From assembly GCA_963793465.1 (NCBI GenBank), contig CAWCAJ010000007.1, positions 177,282-241,281 of the forward strand: a stretch of DNA of 64,000 bases. Reading direction: 5' to 3'. This document shows positions 30,249-40,322 of the stretch, piece by piece. Below the pieces are notes generated by a model that saw nothing but the letters and a program-made list of their open reading frames with translations, did no database searches and was not told where the DNA came from. The translations under genes were made by a program, and so were the position numbers. This DNA comes from an uncultured Planctomycetia bacterium. Its GTDB lineage: Bacteria > Planctomycetota > Planctomycetia > Pirellulales > Pirellulaceae. Numbering within the stretch: position 1 is the stretch's first letter; each line of letters starts with the position of its first letter.

Positions 30249-31152
30249 GATAAAGCTTCACCCGAAGGATCTTTTGTGAATGATTCAGTATGCGGTTTCC
30301 CGGACTCGGCGGGCGACTTTTCTGCTGACGCCGGAACAGGTAGGGCACGATACCGATGACCAAACCCACAACCGTCAGCAGGCCGGCCAGTCGCATCAGG
30401 CGTAAGGCACTCATCGTGTACTTGCCGGTTGAGGCGTCGAAAAGGTAGCAACCCGAGAAGTAGATCACCTTGTCGGCCAGACTGCCAATCTTGCCCTGTC
30501 CGGCTTCGATCAATGCAGGACGCAATTGACGATCCAATCCGCCATCCAGCCCATCCAGGTACCTGGAAATGCGACCATCCGATGTGCAAAAGATGAAGGC
30601 GGCGGGGTGCGAGTAGATCCGCTCCGAGGGAATGTACTTATACTGGAAACCGCAGGCATCTGCCAAACTGCCGATGTTGGCCTTGCTGCCCCGTAGGAAG
30701 TGCCAACCATCCGCGGATTTCAAATTGCCGTAGGCCGCAACGAACTTGGCTTTGGTCTCCGCCAGGCGTTTCGATTGTTCGGTGGGATCCAGACTGACGG
30801 AGACGATTTCAAAATCTCTTCCCGGAATCAAATCGATGTTCTGCAGTTCGGTCGCCAGATTCTGCAACTGCACCACGCAGATCTTGGGGCAGTCGGAGTA
30901 ATTGAAAGAGAGCAACACGGGACGCTGGTTAGCGAACAGTTGACCAAACTGAATGAAGCGGTTTTTGTCATCCTCAAATTCCAGGTGCATGGGAAGTTCG
31001 GCCCCCAGCATTTGCGTGACACCGATCCCCTGAGCGACGTCTGGCAATTCCTTTTGAGCGACCTGTGCCAGTGCCGCGGTTGCGAACCACCATCCCGCCA
31101 ACAGCCAAACTGCGGCAAACAGGAGATTACGCATATCGCGACGGGGCTTCAT
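30124..31152 (-). CDS. SCO1/SenC family copper chaperone (3' end probably mis-framed)
   Basis: Thioredoxin-fold CxxxC motif (YSDCPKIC), a downstream His (YSHPAAF), a signal peptide and a C-terminal TM. The last ~70 codons are Arg/Cys/His-rich and overlap ctaC by 125 nt. See the finding on the T4 run at 30318-30321. Confidence 0.8.
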   Translation of the reverse strand: MKPRRDMRNLLFAAVWLLAGWWFATAALAQVAQKELPDVAQGIGVTQMLGAELPMHLEFEDDKNRFIQFGQLFANQRPVLLSFNYSDCPKICVVQLQNLATELQNIDLIPGRDFEIVSVSLDPTEQSKRLAETKAKFVAAYGNLKSADGWHFLRGSKANIGSLADACGFQYKYIPSERIYSHPAAFIFCTSDGRISRYLDGLDGGLDRQLRPALIEAGQGKIGSLADKVIYFSGCYLFDASTGKYTMSALRLMRLAGLLTVVGLVIGIVPYLFRRQQKSRPPSPGNRILNHSQKILRVKLYHDEPDFPVGTSRRNRQPDPAPSSHRACRFLLVPGECLHVCQ

Positions 31153-31563
31153 CTAGTGTCCTTCCGAATCTGTTTCAGCGTTCTGGGAACCGGTGCCGGA
31201 GGGGTGAGCCGCGGCACCTTGATGCTGGTACCTGCCCACCACGTCATCGAGCACGCTTTCCAGGCTGGTGATCCCCTTGTCAGCGTCGCCGTCCAACAGG
31301 CTCTTCTGACGGTCGAGAGTCTGTTGCTGCAAGGTGTTCGACACCTCGTAGTTGACTTGCTCCACCAGTCCGTTTTTCCATTGATAGTAAATCCCTTCCA
31401 CGAACCAAATCGTGACAAAGGTCAGGATCATGCTGATCACACCTACCAAAAATACAACCGGTACGTTGACATCGTCATAACTCGGTCGTTGCCGACCGCC
31501 ATCGGAATGGGCCGCGGCCTCTGACCGATTTTCGTATTCGTGATCTGCTGTGGTTGTTGTCAT
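31153..31563 (-). CDS. small single-TM protein of the ACIII/oxidase operon (ActG-like position, unverified)
   Basis: 136-aa ORF with an ATG start and one TM (VVFLVGVISMILTFVTIWFV). Its stop abuts the sco start. No motif recognised. Confidence 0.5.
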   Translation of the reverse strand: MTTTTADHEYENRSEAAAHSDGGRQRPSYDDVNVPVVFLVGVISMILTFVTIWFVEGIYYQWKNGLVEQVNYEVSNTLQQQTLDRQKSLLDGDADKGITSLESVLDDVVGRYQHQGAAAHPSGTGSQNAETDSEGH

Positions 31564-31593
31564 GGGAATCAGCCGTCAGTTCGGAAACCGGGG

Positions 31594-32892
31594 TTATGGA
31601 TTGTCGTAGTTCAGGGCTTCGTGCAGGCGTGGATCTTTCAGGGGCACCAGTGACCGATTACCGGAAACGAGGCAGAAACTGGCCGCAAAAATGGCGCCCA
31701 TTCCCACCAGCAGCAGCAATTCAGTCAGACCCGGCCACACGTTGTAATTGTAACTGGTGATATCGTGACCATCATGAAAGTAACCGTGATAGACGGAAGC
31801 CTTGTATTGCGGCATCACGATCCAGTAGTGATCCACCCAGTGCATCAAGAGCAGGAAGATGGAAGAAAAAATCAGATAGGGTTTGCTGCGACGCACGGTG
31901 CGGGCCATCATGCCCATGAAGGGGATGAACAGGTGTCCGAACAACAGGATCATGGAGATGGCCAGCCATCCGCTGTTGGCGCGGAAGCGGAACCAGAACG
32001 TCTCCTCGGGGATATTGGCATACCAGATCAACATGAATTGGCTGAAGGCGATGTAGCCCCAAAAGAAGATGAAGGCAAACGTCAGCTTGGCCAGGTCGTG
32101 GTAGTGCTCCACGGTGATCTCGTCCGTGACGCGGCCGCTCCGCTGCAGCAGCAGGCAGACCAGGGTGATGGTGGCCAGGCTGCTCAGTACGCAGCCGGCA
32201 AAGATGTAAACCGGGAACATCGTACTGAACCACATGGGAGCCAGGGACATCTGCCAGTCGAAAGCCGCAAAGGCCAGGCTTAACACAAAGGCCAGCATCA
32301 TGGGGGCACAGAAGGACTGAGCCTTGAGGCTGATTTTCTTGTCGCCCGTTTCATCCTGACGAATCGACCAGCGATACAGACGCACGGCGATGAAAGTCCA
32401 AACGCTGAAATACACGATCGCCCGCAGGCAGAACCACATGGGGGACAGGAAGGTGGATTTGATGGCAAAAATTCGGCTGTCCCCCACCGCCCATTCCGGG
32501 GCACCTTCTGCGGCCGGTTCGGTATTGATCCAGGGGTACAGGTCGGAATTACCCATCAACACCATGACCCAGATAGGAACAAACAGCAGGGCCATGGGGA
32601 AAATCGCGCAACCCAGCACCTCGGCCACCCGACGCACCGTGACACTCCATCCCGCCTTGGTCAGGTGTTGAATCATCACAAAGAAGATGCAGCCCAGGGT
32701 GATCGTCAGGTAGAACGTGAAGTTCAGCAGGTAGGCATGCAAAAAGTGGGACAGATCCGTTCCCGGAATGAAGAAGGCTCCCGCGATGCAACCGGCGGCC
32801 ACGATCCCCAGGACCGGTAAAACCCGTGACGTGCTTTCGCCACCCAGTGTCGTGACGGGCGACGTGATTTCTGCTTTTCTGATGTGTGCCAT
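31594..32892 (-). CDS. actF: alternative complex III subunit ActF (NrfD-like membrane subunit)
   Basis: 432-aa polytopic membrane protein at the ActF position, downstream of ActDE. General NrfD/PsrC-like topology. Confidence 0.7.
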   Translation of the reverse strand: MAHIRKAEITSPVTTLGGESTSRVLPVLGIVAAGCIAGAFFIPGTDLSHFLHAYLLNFTFYLTITLGCIFFVMIQHLTKAGWSVTVRRVAEVLGCAIFPMALLFVPIWVMVLMGNSDLYPWINTEPAAEGAPEWAVGDSRIFAIKSTFLSPMWFCLRAIVYFSVWTFIAVRLYRWSIRQDETGDKKISLKAQSFCAPMMLAFVLSLAFAAFDWQMSLAPMWFSTMFPVYIFAGCVLSSLATITLVCLLLQRSGRVTDEITVEHYHDLAKLTFAFIFFWGYIAFSQFMLIWYANIPEETFWFRFRANSGWLAISMILLFGHLFIPFMGMMARTVRRSKPYLIFSSIFLLLMHWVDHYWIVMPQYKASVYHGYFHDGHDITSYNYNVWPGLTELLLLVGMGAIFAASFCLVSGNRSLVPLKDPRLHEALNYDNP

Positions 32893-32936
32893 GATTTCGG
32901 AAGGTGCTGGATGATACTGGGATCGCTGGTCCGTGA

Positions 32937-34349
32937 TTATTCGCCGGCGGCGTCAACGGGTGTGTCGACAACCGCATTTTTGCGGGTTTCCTGCAGTGCC
33001 TTGATGTACAACACGATCGCCCACCGGTCCTCGGGGCTGATACGAGTGGCATAGGGACCCATGGTCGAACGACCGTTGGTAATCGTGTCATACAAACGGC
33101 CCACGGGTTGTTCCACGACCGTGGGGTCGTACAACGACTTGGCTTCTGTCCAGGCCGCGTCTCCGCTGGCACTCAGGGCCACCGCGCGGTTGTTTGCCAA
33201 ACCGTCGCCATCACCCGAGTAGCCGTGACAGACCGTGCAATAAATGTTGAATTGTCTTTGGCCCCGCAGAATCGTCTCGCGGGTCACCGGTACCTGGGCC
33301 GGAATGGTGGTCACCCAGGCCGGCTCGTTTGCGGCAGCTGCCATGGTCGGATCACCGGCCGTTTCCTGCTGACCTGACGTTTCCTGGGGGTCCTGCCGCC
33401 CCACCCGGTTGGAAGCCAGAACCGCGGGCGTCGCCAGGGAAGAATGCAGGTCGGAACCTGCCTGAATACCCCGGAAGAACTCGATGTCTCCACTGGTGTC
33501 GCTGCGGGAAACCGTCCCCGGAACCGGCGGCAGCTGGGCCCGCTCGTCGACGAAAAAGTAGTCGTCGATGGCCCCATTGAAGGCCAGGGGACCCAGGGTT
33601 TGGGTCTTGAATTTGTATTGAAAGTCCATGTCCGGCACGACATGCAAACGGGTCTGGGTGTAGGTCATGCCGCGGGCCCGGAAAATCAGGGCCGGCGGAA
33701 TCAGCATCAGCACCAGCGCCAGCACCGCTACCGTCTTCAGGAAGGCCGGCAGTTGGTGATCGGTCAGGTCCTCGTAGACCTCTTCGACATCGCTGGCTCC
33801 CCAGTCGGACAGGTTGTTCCTCAGTTGCTGGTTATCAAACTGATCATCATCCGCATCCACCATCAGGAAAAATTTGTCATTGGTGACTCGCTTGAACCGG
33901 GAGATCCTGTGTAAGGGATTGGCCAGTCGCGGCAGTCCATTGAGGATCAACATCCCGAAAAAGGCCGCAAAGGCACTCGACAAGACGATCACCTCGAAGG
34001 TCACCGGGATATTGGCCGGTAGCGAGAACATGGGCTTGCCGCTGATTTTGAATTCGTAACCGCTCCATTTGGGCAGCAGTTCCTCGGTGGCATTGGTGTA
34101 CCATTGCATGCCCAGACCCAGAGCAAAACCACCGATCGCCACGACCAGCACAATCCAGGGCAGGATGGTACGTGGAATTCCAATGGCTTTCTCAATGCCA
34201 TGCACCGGATAGGGAGTGTAGGCATCCATTTTCTTGACGCCGGAATCCCGCAGCGCTTCACAGGCATGCAGCAGGCTATGGGGATCATCAAACTGACCCA
34301 GGACACCCACCAGTTTCTGCCGTTCGCTGTTGTTGACTTCGCTACTCAT
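32937..34349 (-). CDS. alternative complex III ActD-ActE fusion (DUF3341-like membrane domain plus monoheme cytochrome c)
   Basis: The N-terminal half resembles ActD (LGQFDDPHSLLHACEALRDSG...AYTPYPVHG, two TM). An internal TM follows, then an ActE-like segment (VPDMDFQYKFKTQ ... GTVSR) with a single CTVCH heme motif. Confidence 0.75.
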   Translation of the reverse strand: MSSEVNNSERQKLVGVLGQFDDPHSLLHACEALRDSGVKKMDAYTPYPVHGIEKAIGIPRTILPWIVLVVAIGGFALGLGMQWYTNATEELLPKWSGYEFKISGKPMFSLPANIPVTFEVIVLSSAFAAFFGMLILNGLPRLANPLHRISRFKRVTNDKFFLMVDADDDQFDNQQLRNNLSDWGASDVEEVYEDLTDHQLPAFLKTVAVLALVLMLIPPALIFRARGMTYTQTRLHVVPDMDFQYKFKTQTLGPLAFNGAIDDYFFVDERAQLPPVPGTVSRSDTSGDIEFFRGIQAGSDLHSSLATPAVLASNRVGRQDPQETSGQQETAGDPTMAAAANEPAWVTTIPAQVPVTRETILRGQRQFNIYCTVCHGYSGDGDGLANNRAVALSASGDAAWTEAKSLYDPTVVEQPVGRLYDTITNGRSTMGPYATRISPEDRWAIVLYIKALQETRKNAVVDTPVDAAGE

Positions 34350-34411
34350 GGAATCTTTACGAATGAAAAGTTTTTATTCCGGCGACCTCACCGTCGCCCT
34401 TCAACGAATAC

Positions 34412-35686
34412 CTAGTGACTGGAATCTTCGGTATAGCCGCCGGCCGCCGCCATGTGTTTCTGGAAGGCCATGGTCCCCTTGACTTCCGAAATCGCGATCA
34501 CGGGCAGGAAGCGACAGAACAACAGGTACAGCATCAGGAATAGCCCGAAACTGCCCACGAACATGCCGATGTCCACCCAGGTGGGTCGGAAGTACGACCA
34601 ACTGGAAGGCAGGAAGCCACGATTCAAGGTCATGACGATCACGAATCGCTCAAACCACATGCCGATATTCACACCGATCCCGATAATCACACTCCAGAAC
34701 ATCGAAGTGCGGATTTTCTTGAACCAGAACAACTGGGGGATGAACACGTTGCAACTGAACATCATCAGGTAGGCCCACCAGAACGGTCCAAAGGCCCGGT
34801 TGCGGAAGGCAAAGCCCTCGTAGGGGTTGGAACTGTACCAGGCGATAAAGAACTCGATGGTGTAGGCCAGCCCCACCATCAAACCCGTGACCATGATGAT
34901 CTTGTTCATGTTTTCGATGTGCCGCACCGTAATCACATGCTTCAGGTTGAATAAGGCACGCATCGGCACCAGCAACGTCACCACCATCGCGAAACCGCTG
35001 AAAATGGCCCCCGCCACGAAATAGGGCGGGAAGATGGTGGTGTGCCAACCGGGGATGATCGAGACAGCAAAGTCAAAACTCACAATCGTGTGCACCGACA
35101 ACACCAAGGGCGTGGCCAGAGCTGCCAGGATGGTGTAGGCCACTTCGTAACGGTGCCAGTGCCGGGCGGAGCCACTCCAGCCCAGCGAAAGCACACCGTA
35201 AATGAACTTGGGGATTTTGCCTTTGGCGCGATCCCGGAAGGTCGCCAGGTCGGGCACCATGCCCATGTACCAGAAAACCAGAGAGACCGTGAAGTACGTG
35301 GAAACAGCGAACACGTCCCATAACAGGGGACTGCGGAAGTTGGGCCACATCGCCAGGTGCTCACTGGGAATCGGGAACAGCCAGTAAAACACCCATACCC
35401 GACCAATGTGAATTCCCGGGAACATCCCGGCGCAGATCACGGCAAAGATCGTCATGGCCTCGGCGGCCCGGTTAATACTCGTCCGCCAATGTTGACGGAA
35501 CAGAAACAAAATAGCCGAAATCAGGGTTCCCGCATGTCCAATCCCAACCCAGAACACAAAGTTGACAATCGGCCAACCCCAGTAAACCGGGTTGTTGTTT
35601 CCCCAGACGCCGACACCCTTGAAGAACAGCAACAGGATCAACAGTCCCAACATGGCCGTCAGGGCGGCGGAAATACCCAACAACAC
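34412..35686 (-). CDS. actC: alternative complex III subunit ActC (NrfD/PsrC family), N-terminus probably truncated by a frame problem
   Basis: 424-aa polytopic NrfD-like protein from a GTG at 35686. The same frame stays open upstream and encodes an ActC-like N-terminus ([31 protein letters not shown]) without any start codon. Confidence 0.85.
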   Translation of the reverse strand: MLLGISAALTAMLGLLILLLFFKGVGVWGNNNPVYWGWPIVNFVFWVGIGHAGTLISAILFLFRQHWRTSINRAAEAMTIFAVICAGMFPGIHIGRVWVFYWLFPIPSEHLAMWPNFRSPLLWDVFAVSTYFTVSLVFWYMGMVPDLATFRDRAKGKIPKFIYGVLSLGWSGSARHWHRYEVAYTILAALATPLVLSVHTIVSFDFAVSIIPGWHTTIFPPYFVAGAIFSGFAMVVTLLVPMRALFNLKHVITVRHIENMNKIIMVTGLMVGLAYTIEFFIAWYSSNPYEGFAFRNRAFGPFWWAYLMMFSCNVFIPQLFWFKKIRTSMFWSVIIGIGVNIGMWFERFVIVMTLNRGFLPSSWSYFRPTWVDIGMFVGSFGLFLMLYLLFCRFLPVIAISEVKGTMAFQKHMAAAGGYTEDSSH

Positions 35687-35900
35687 CCACCAGATCTTGG
35701 GCGGCGCCGGACTTTCGGCCAGATCCGATACGACTTCCGTGACGCCGGCATTATCCAGCCCCCCGGTAATCAGCGGGCGCGACGCGACGGATCCTCGAAG
35801 GTGTTGTTTGTCAGACTGTCAATGGTGGTTGCCATCGAGTTTTCTCAGTACGAATGGATTGCGAGTTTGATTTGTGGGAGGTTCCCGGTCGCCGTCGGAT

Positions 35901-38900
35901 CTAGCCGTGCCCGGCCAGGAAGCCCTCTCCCAACGCCGGGTGCGGGTTGACCACGCGGGCCAGGTATTTGGTCCGCGGATAGATGTTCAGTTCTTCCAGC
36001 AAGGTATAAGACCTTGGATTGTGATGGTTCTTGTAGACATCGCTTTCGGTGTTCTGGATATCCCCAAACACGATCGCCTGGGTGGGACAGGCATCCTGGC
36101 AGGCTGTGGTGATCTCGTTAGGACCAATCGCCCGATTGCCCTCCGTCTTGCATTTGATCTTGGTGTTCTGGATCCGTTGCACACAGTAGGTGCATTTTTC
36201 CATGACGCCTCGGCTGCGAACCGTCACTTCGGGGTTCATCATCAGGCTTTGCAATTGCAAATCGGCCTTTTGCAAGCGATCCGCACCGGGGATTTTCAGG
36301 AAGGTCTGAGCATCCGTGTAATTGAAGTAGTTGAAGCGTCGGACCTTGTAGGGACAGTTGTTGCCGCAATAACGGGTCCCGATACAACGGTTGTAAACCA
36401 TGTCATTCAGGCCTTCATCGGAATGCACCGTGGCGGCCACCGGGCAGACGGTTTCGCAAGGAGCCTTCTCGCACTGCTGGCAGGTCATCGGCTGGTGAGC
36501 GATCGCCGGATCGACGCCCTCGCGGTCACCCTGCTGGGTGATGAAATAGCGGTCGATCCGCAGCCACTGCATCTCGCGGCCTTTGCTGACCTGTTCCTTG
36601 CCAACCACCGGAATGTTGTTTTCCGACTGGCAAGCCACCACGCAGGCGTTACAGCCAGTGCATTTGTTGAGGTCAATGCTCATGCCCCACTTGTGAGGCA
36701 CGGAGGCATCCAGCCAACCGGCACGGGTCAGGTCGAAGTTCTTGAAGTGCAGATGGTGTCCTTCCGGCCAGTGATGGGCGTGACCATCATCGTGACTGCC
36801 CTCATCATGCCCCGCGGCCCCTGCTCCGCCCGATTCGGATTCGTCCCCGGAAGTCGCCCCCGTTCCATGGTCGTCCCCGTGGGACGCCAGGAACTTTTCC
36901 AGACTTTCGAAGGATCCGCTCCGCACCAAGCCACCAGGACCCGGTACCCGCTTGTTGATCTCGTCCCGACCCAGGTCATCGATCTTGAAATGGTCCTGGG
37001 TGGTCGCCAGCACGTAGGAGGTACTGGTCGGGTCCGTTACCACGGCCGGTACCGACCACCAGTTGCCACTGGTTCGCAAGGGACGCACATCGTGACCGAT
37101 CGACTCCACCGAAATATCGGCATCTCCCGCCACACGACCGGCGGCCTGCCGCCCGTAGCCCAGCCAGGTACAGATGGTTCCATCGGGAAGTCCGGGCAGG
37201 ATGTACACGGGCAGCGAAATCTGGCTTTCATCCACCTTGAGGTTGGCGATTTTCCCTTGCGTTAGACCGAGTTTGTCGGCCGTCACGGGGTTGACCAGTG
37301 CCGCGTTGTCCCAGGTCAGCTTGGTCAGGAATTCCGGACATTCCTGCAACCAGCCGTTATTGGCAAAACGCCCGTCGTAAATCGACTTGGAAGGCCGGAA
37401 AATCAACTCCGGTTCCCCACCGGTCCAGGAGGCTGTCCAATCGTCCTGGCCGGCGTCCAGCGTCATCTCGTTCAATGTAGGGCTGGATGATGGGATACCG
37501 CTGTCGGCAATGAAGCCGGATTTCACGGCGGCATTCCAGGCCAGCTCCGGGTCGTCACCGCCCAGCAATCCAGCCAGCGTTCCTTTGACCACTTGCAAGC
37601 CCGGGTTCAGCGACTCGTGGCTGTGGCCGGCCGCGTCTGCCGCGTGGCCACTCGTGTCCTGATCCAGCACCCCGGTCAAGGCAGCCAGAAATTCGATTTC
37701 CGAGCGGCCGCCGAACAGCGGAGGCAGCATCGGTTGAGCGATGCAAATCGAACCGTCGTAGGAACGACCGTCCCCCCAGCTTTCCAGTGGATGGGCAGCG
37801 TTCATGTGCCATTGGCAGCGACGCGAGGTTTCGTTGCGATAGACGCTGAGGTGCAACGAATTCGAGACCTTGCCCAGGGCTTCCTCGAAACCCAGGTCCG
37901 CTGGAGCAAAAAACACAGGATTACCACCCAGGATGACCAGCGTGTTGATCGTGCCAGCCTGAATCGCCGCCGTCAGCTCTTTCAACTGGTCAACGCCCGA
38001 CTGGGCGGCGGCATCCGGAATGGCGTGCAAGTGCACCGTTCGTCCGAGATTTTCCAGCATCGCATTGATGCGGATGGCTCGCGCATGAACATCGGCTGGC
38101 TGGGTCGGACCCACCATCACCACCCCGGCACCCTTGTTGGCCAACAGGTCCGAAGCCATGGCGGCCAGAATCTGTTCGCGTTTGGAGAGCCCCGAGTCCA
38201 CCGTGCTGACACCCCGTTGCAAGGCATCCTCCAAACCCGCCAGGAAAGACCCGATCTGGCCAAAACGCAGGGGCAATCGATGATCCGCCATGGCCCCCGT
38301 CGCGGAGAAATCGCTTTCCACCACATACAGACGGCTCATGTGCAGGTGATCAGCGTCCCGGGAGCTGGCGAAATCCCGTGACAGACGAACTCCAGCCGGG
38401 TCGATTCCCAGCGGATCGGCATCGATGGATACGATGACCTTGGCGTCCGCCAGACGATACACCGGACGAAAGACATCTCCCAACGCCTTGCGAGAACCCT
38501 CCCAGACGTTGTCCTCGCCTACCGACGTGAATTCGAACCACTGGGCATCGCGATTGGAGTCCATCAGGACGCGTTTCATTCGCTGGCGACTGAGCGAACT
38601 GGATGGCTCAGCCAGCACGGCGACACCCTGCCCTGCCACCAGGGACTTAAACATGTTGATGCCGTCTTCCCAGGTGGTTGCCTCCATGCCGGTCTGGCCA
38701 GCGCGAGCCGGTCCGCGACTGCGATCCGGGTCGTACAACTGCAAGATTGTGGCCTGGGTAAAGGTGTCCGAGGAACCTCGCATATCCGGATGATCCGGAT
38801 TGCCATCCAATTTGATCGGTCGCCCGTCGTAGCTGACGGCCACCAGCGGGCGAGCCATTCCACCAAATTCCATCATTGTGGAGTAACTGTCGGGGATTCC

Positions 38901-39185
38901 CGGCGTACGCCCCGCCGGCCGAAACGCAAAGGGTGTGATTTTTTCATCCGGGTAGCGACATCCGGCTACCGCACCGAAAGCCATCGAGGCACCCATCAAC
39001 TGCAGCCAACGCCGACGCGAAAACCCGTCACTGGCAGGCGGTGCCGCTGCGCCAAAATCGTGATCAATCACCTCGTTGATTTCCGGTTGACCCAGAAGTT
39101 CATCGAAGCTTCGCCAGTAATGCCTGGCCTGGGGACCACCGTCCGGAAGTTGTCCCAATTCGTTTTCTGTATTTTTCTGAATCAT
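35901..39185 (-). CDS. actB: alternative complex III subunit ActB (molybdopterin-oxidoreductase-like plus 4Fe-4S domain)
   Basis: Tat leader SRRRWLQLMGAS, a large MopB-like domain, and a C-terminal ferredoxin-like part with CTGCNACVVAC, CQQCEKAPCETVCP, CIGTRYCGNNCP and CQDACP. Start set at the ATG at 39185, overlapping the actA stop (ATGA). Confidence 0.9.
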   Translation of the reverse strand: MIQKNTENELGQLPDGGPQARHYWRSFDELLGQPEINEVIDHDFGAAAPPASDGFSRRRWLQLMGASMAFGAVAGCRYPDEKITPFAFRPAGRTPGIPDSYSTMMEFGGMARPLVAVSYDGRPIKLDGNPDHPDMRGSSDTFTQATILQLYDPDRSRGPARAGQTGMEATTWEDGINMFKSLVAGQGVAVLAEPSSSLSRQRMKRVLMDSNRDAQWFEFTSVGEDNVWEGSRKALGDVFRPVYRLADAKVIVSIDADPLGIDPAGVRLSRDFASSRDADHLHMSRLYVVESDFSATGAMADHRLPLRFGQIGSFLAGLEDALQRGVSTVDSGLSKREQILAAMASDLLANKGAGVVMVGPTQPADVHARAIRINAMLENLGRTVHLHAIPDAAAQSGVDQLKELTAAIQAGTINTLVILGGNPVFFAPADLGFEEALGKVSNSLHLSVYRNETSRRCQWHMNAAHPLESWGDGRSYDGSICIAQPMLPPLFGGRSEIEFLAALTGVLDQDTSGHAADAAGHSHESLNPGLQVVKGTLAGLLGGDDPELAWNAAVKSGFIADSGIPSSSPTLNEMTLDAGQDDWTASWTGGEPELIFRPSKSIYDGRFANNGWLQECPEFLTKLTWDNAALVNPVTADKLGLTQGKIANLKVDESQISLPVYILPGLPDGTICTWLGYGRQAAGRVAGDADISVESIGHDVRPLRTSGNWWSVPAVVTDPTSTSYVLATTQDHFKIDDLGRDEINKRVPGPGGLVRSGSFESLEKFLASHGDDHGTGATSGDESESGGAGAAGHDEGSHDDGHAHHWPEGHHLHFKNFDLTRAGWLDASVPHKWGMSIDLNKCTGCNACVVACQSENNIPVVGKEQVSKGREMQWLRIDRYFITQQGDREGVDPAIAHQPMTCQQCEKAPCETVCPVAATVHSDEGLNDMVYNRCIGTRYCGNNCPYKVRRFNYFNYTDAQTFLKIPGADRLQKADLQLQSLMMNPEVTVRSRGVMEKCTYCVQRIQNTKIKCKTEGNRAIGPNEITTACQDACPTQAIVFGDIQNTESDVYKNHHNPRSYTLLEELNIYPRTKYLARVVNPHPALGEGFLAGHG

Positions 39186-39886
39186 CGATGACACGTGGAG
39201 CAGCTGATGTTCGGTTTGATTTCCAGTTTCTTCGCCCATTCCTTGCCGTATTCCTCGAATGTCTGACCATCCGGGGGCACGAAATCCAGCTGAGTCACCA
39301 GTTCGGGATCGCGGATGCTGGCTTCCGGGTTTCTGTGACATTCAATGCACCAGGCCATGGATAGCGGCTTGACCTGCTGCACGATTTCCATCTTGTCGAT
39401 CCGACCGTGGCAGGAAACGCAACTGACTCCACGAGTCACGTGGGCAGCGTGATTAAAGTACACAAAGTCAGGAGCATCATGGACGCGGATCCACTCGATG
39501 GGCTCGCCGGTTTCCAGGCTGTTGCGAACCGGCTCCAGCAGCGGGCTGTCTCCATGAATCACCCCCAAATCACGGGGTGTTCCGTCCAGATTCCTGGCCA
39601 CCCGGTTGGCACCGTGGCAGTTGCCGCAGGTTTCCGTGGGTGGCACCGCCGCATGGGCCGCCTTGTCCACCGTGTTGTGACAGTAACGGCAATCCAGCTT
39701 CAAGTCGCCGGCATGCACCTTGTGACTGAAGGGGATCGGTTGCAGCGGTCGATGACCGACATTCACCGTCGTGGGGAGGTGGGCGGCGTACAATACCGTC
39801 GCCAAATATCCTCCCAAAAGTAGCAAGCTGCCAAACAAAATCAGCGTGAACTTGTTAACCCAGTTGGGAAAATGGAATTCTTGCAT
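39182..39886 (-). CDS. actA: alternative complex III subunit ActA (pentaheme cytochrome c)
   Basis: Five CxxCH motifs (CRYCH, CGNCH, CVSCH, CIECH, CSTCH) after an N-terminal TM anchor. First gene of the operon. Confidence 0.9.
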   Translation of the reverse strand: MQEFHFPNWVNKFTLILFGSLLLLGGYLATVLYAAHLPTTVNVGHRPLQPIPFSHKVHAGDLKLDCRYCHNTVDKAAHAAVPPTETCGNCHGANRVARNLDGTPRDLGVIHGDSPLLEPVRNSLETGEPIEWIRVHDAPDFVYFNHAAHVTRGVSCVSCHGRIDKMEIVQQVKPLSMAWCIECHRNPEASIRDPELVTQLDFVPPDGQTFEEYGKEWAKKLEIKPNISCSTCHR

Positions 39887-40299
39887 GGTCGAGACCAGTT
39901 ATCCTGAAGCTAAATTCTGAATCGGCAGCAATCACGGCATTGCCACAGAATCTGCGCAGCGCATCTAAGAAACACAAGCTTGATCGACAAATGTTAAGCC
40001 ATTCCACCAACAACGTCGACGCGGTAAAACGTCGCATACTTTTGGGGGGTGTGCAAGCCCCGCTGCAGGCCCCGGTCTTCACGTTTTTCCAACGAAAGTC
40101 GATTCGCTACCCAGCTGTTCCCTTCAGAAAAACGGTTCCATCCAGCAGTGCCTATGCCCGCCCCGCGCCCCCGTCCATGTCGCAACATCACCCCTGCTGC
40201 CTGCGGGGCGTGTCAAGGCAATGCACAGGCTGGCAAGCATCCGTGCAGCCGATCGGTGGAACTCGCACTGGGGGTCTGGCAAGCCTGAACTGACGGTGC

Positions 40300-40322
40300 C
40301 ACTGCTGGCTTGGCCAGCAGTG
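40300..40322. other. perfect 10-bp stem hairpin (CACTGCTGGC ttg GCCAGCAGTG)
   Basis: Read directly. Lies in the 767-bp non-coding region upstream of actA. No U-tract on either strand, so it is not a canonical terminator. Confidence 0.6.

Noticed and set aside
35874-38381. Plus-strand ORFs (35874..37265, 37593..38381) opposite actB
   Set aside because: They are antisense to actB, which carries Tat and Fe-S motifs. They have no start context or recognisable domains.
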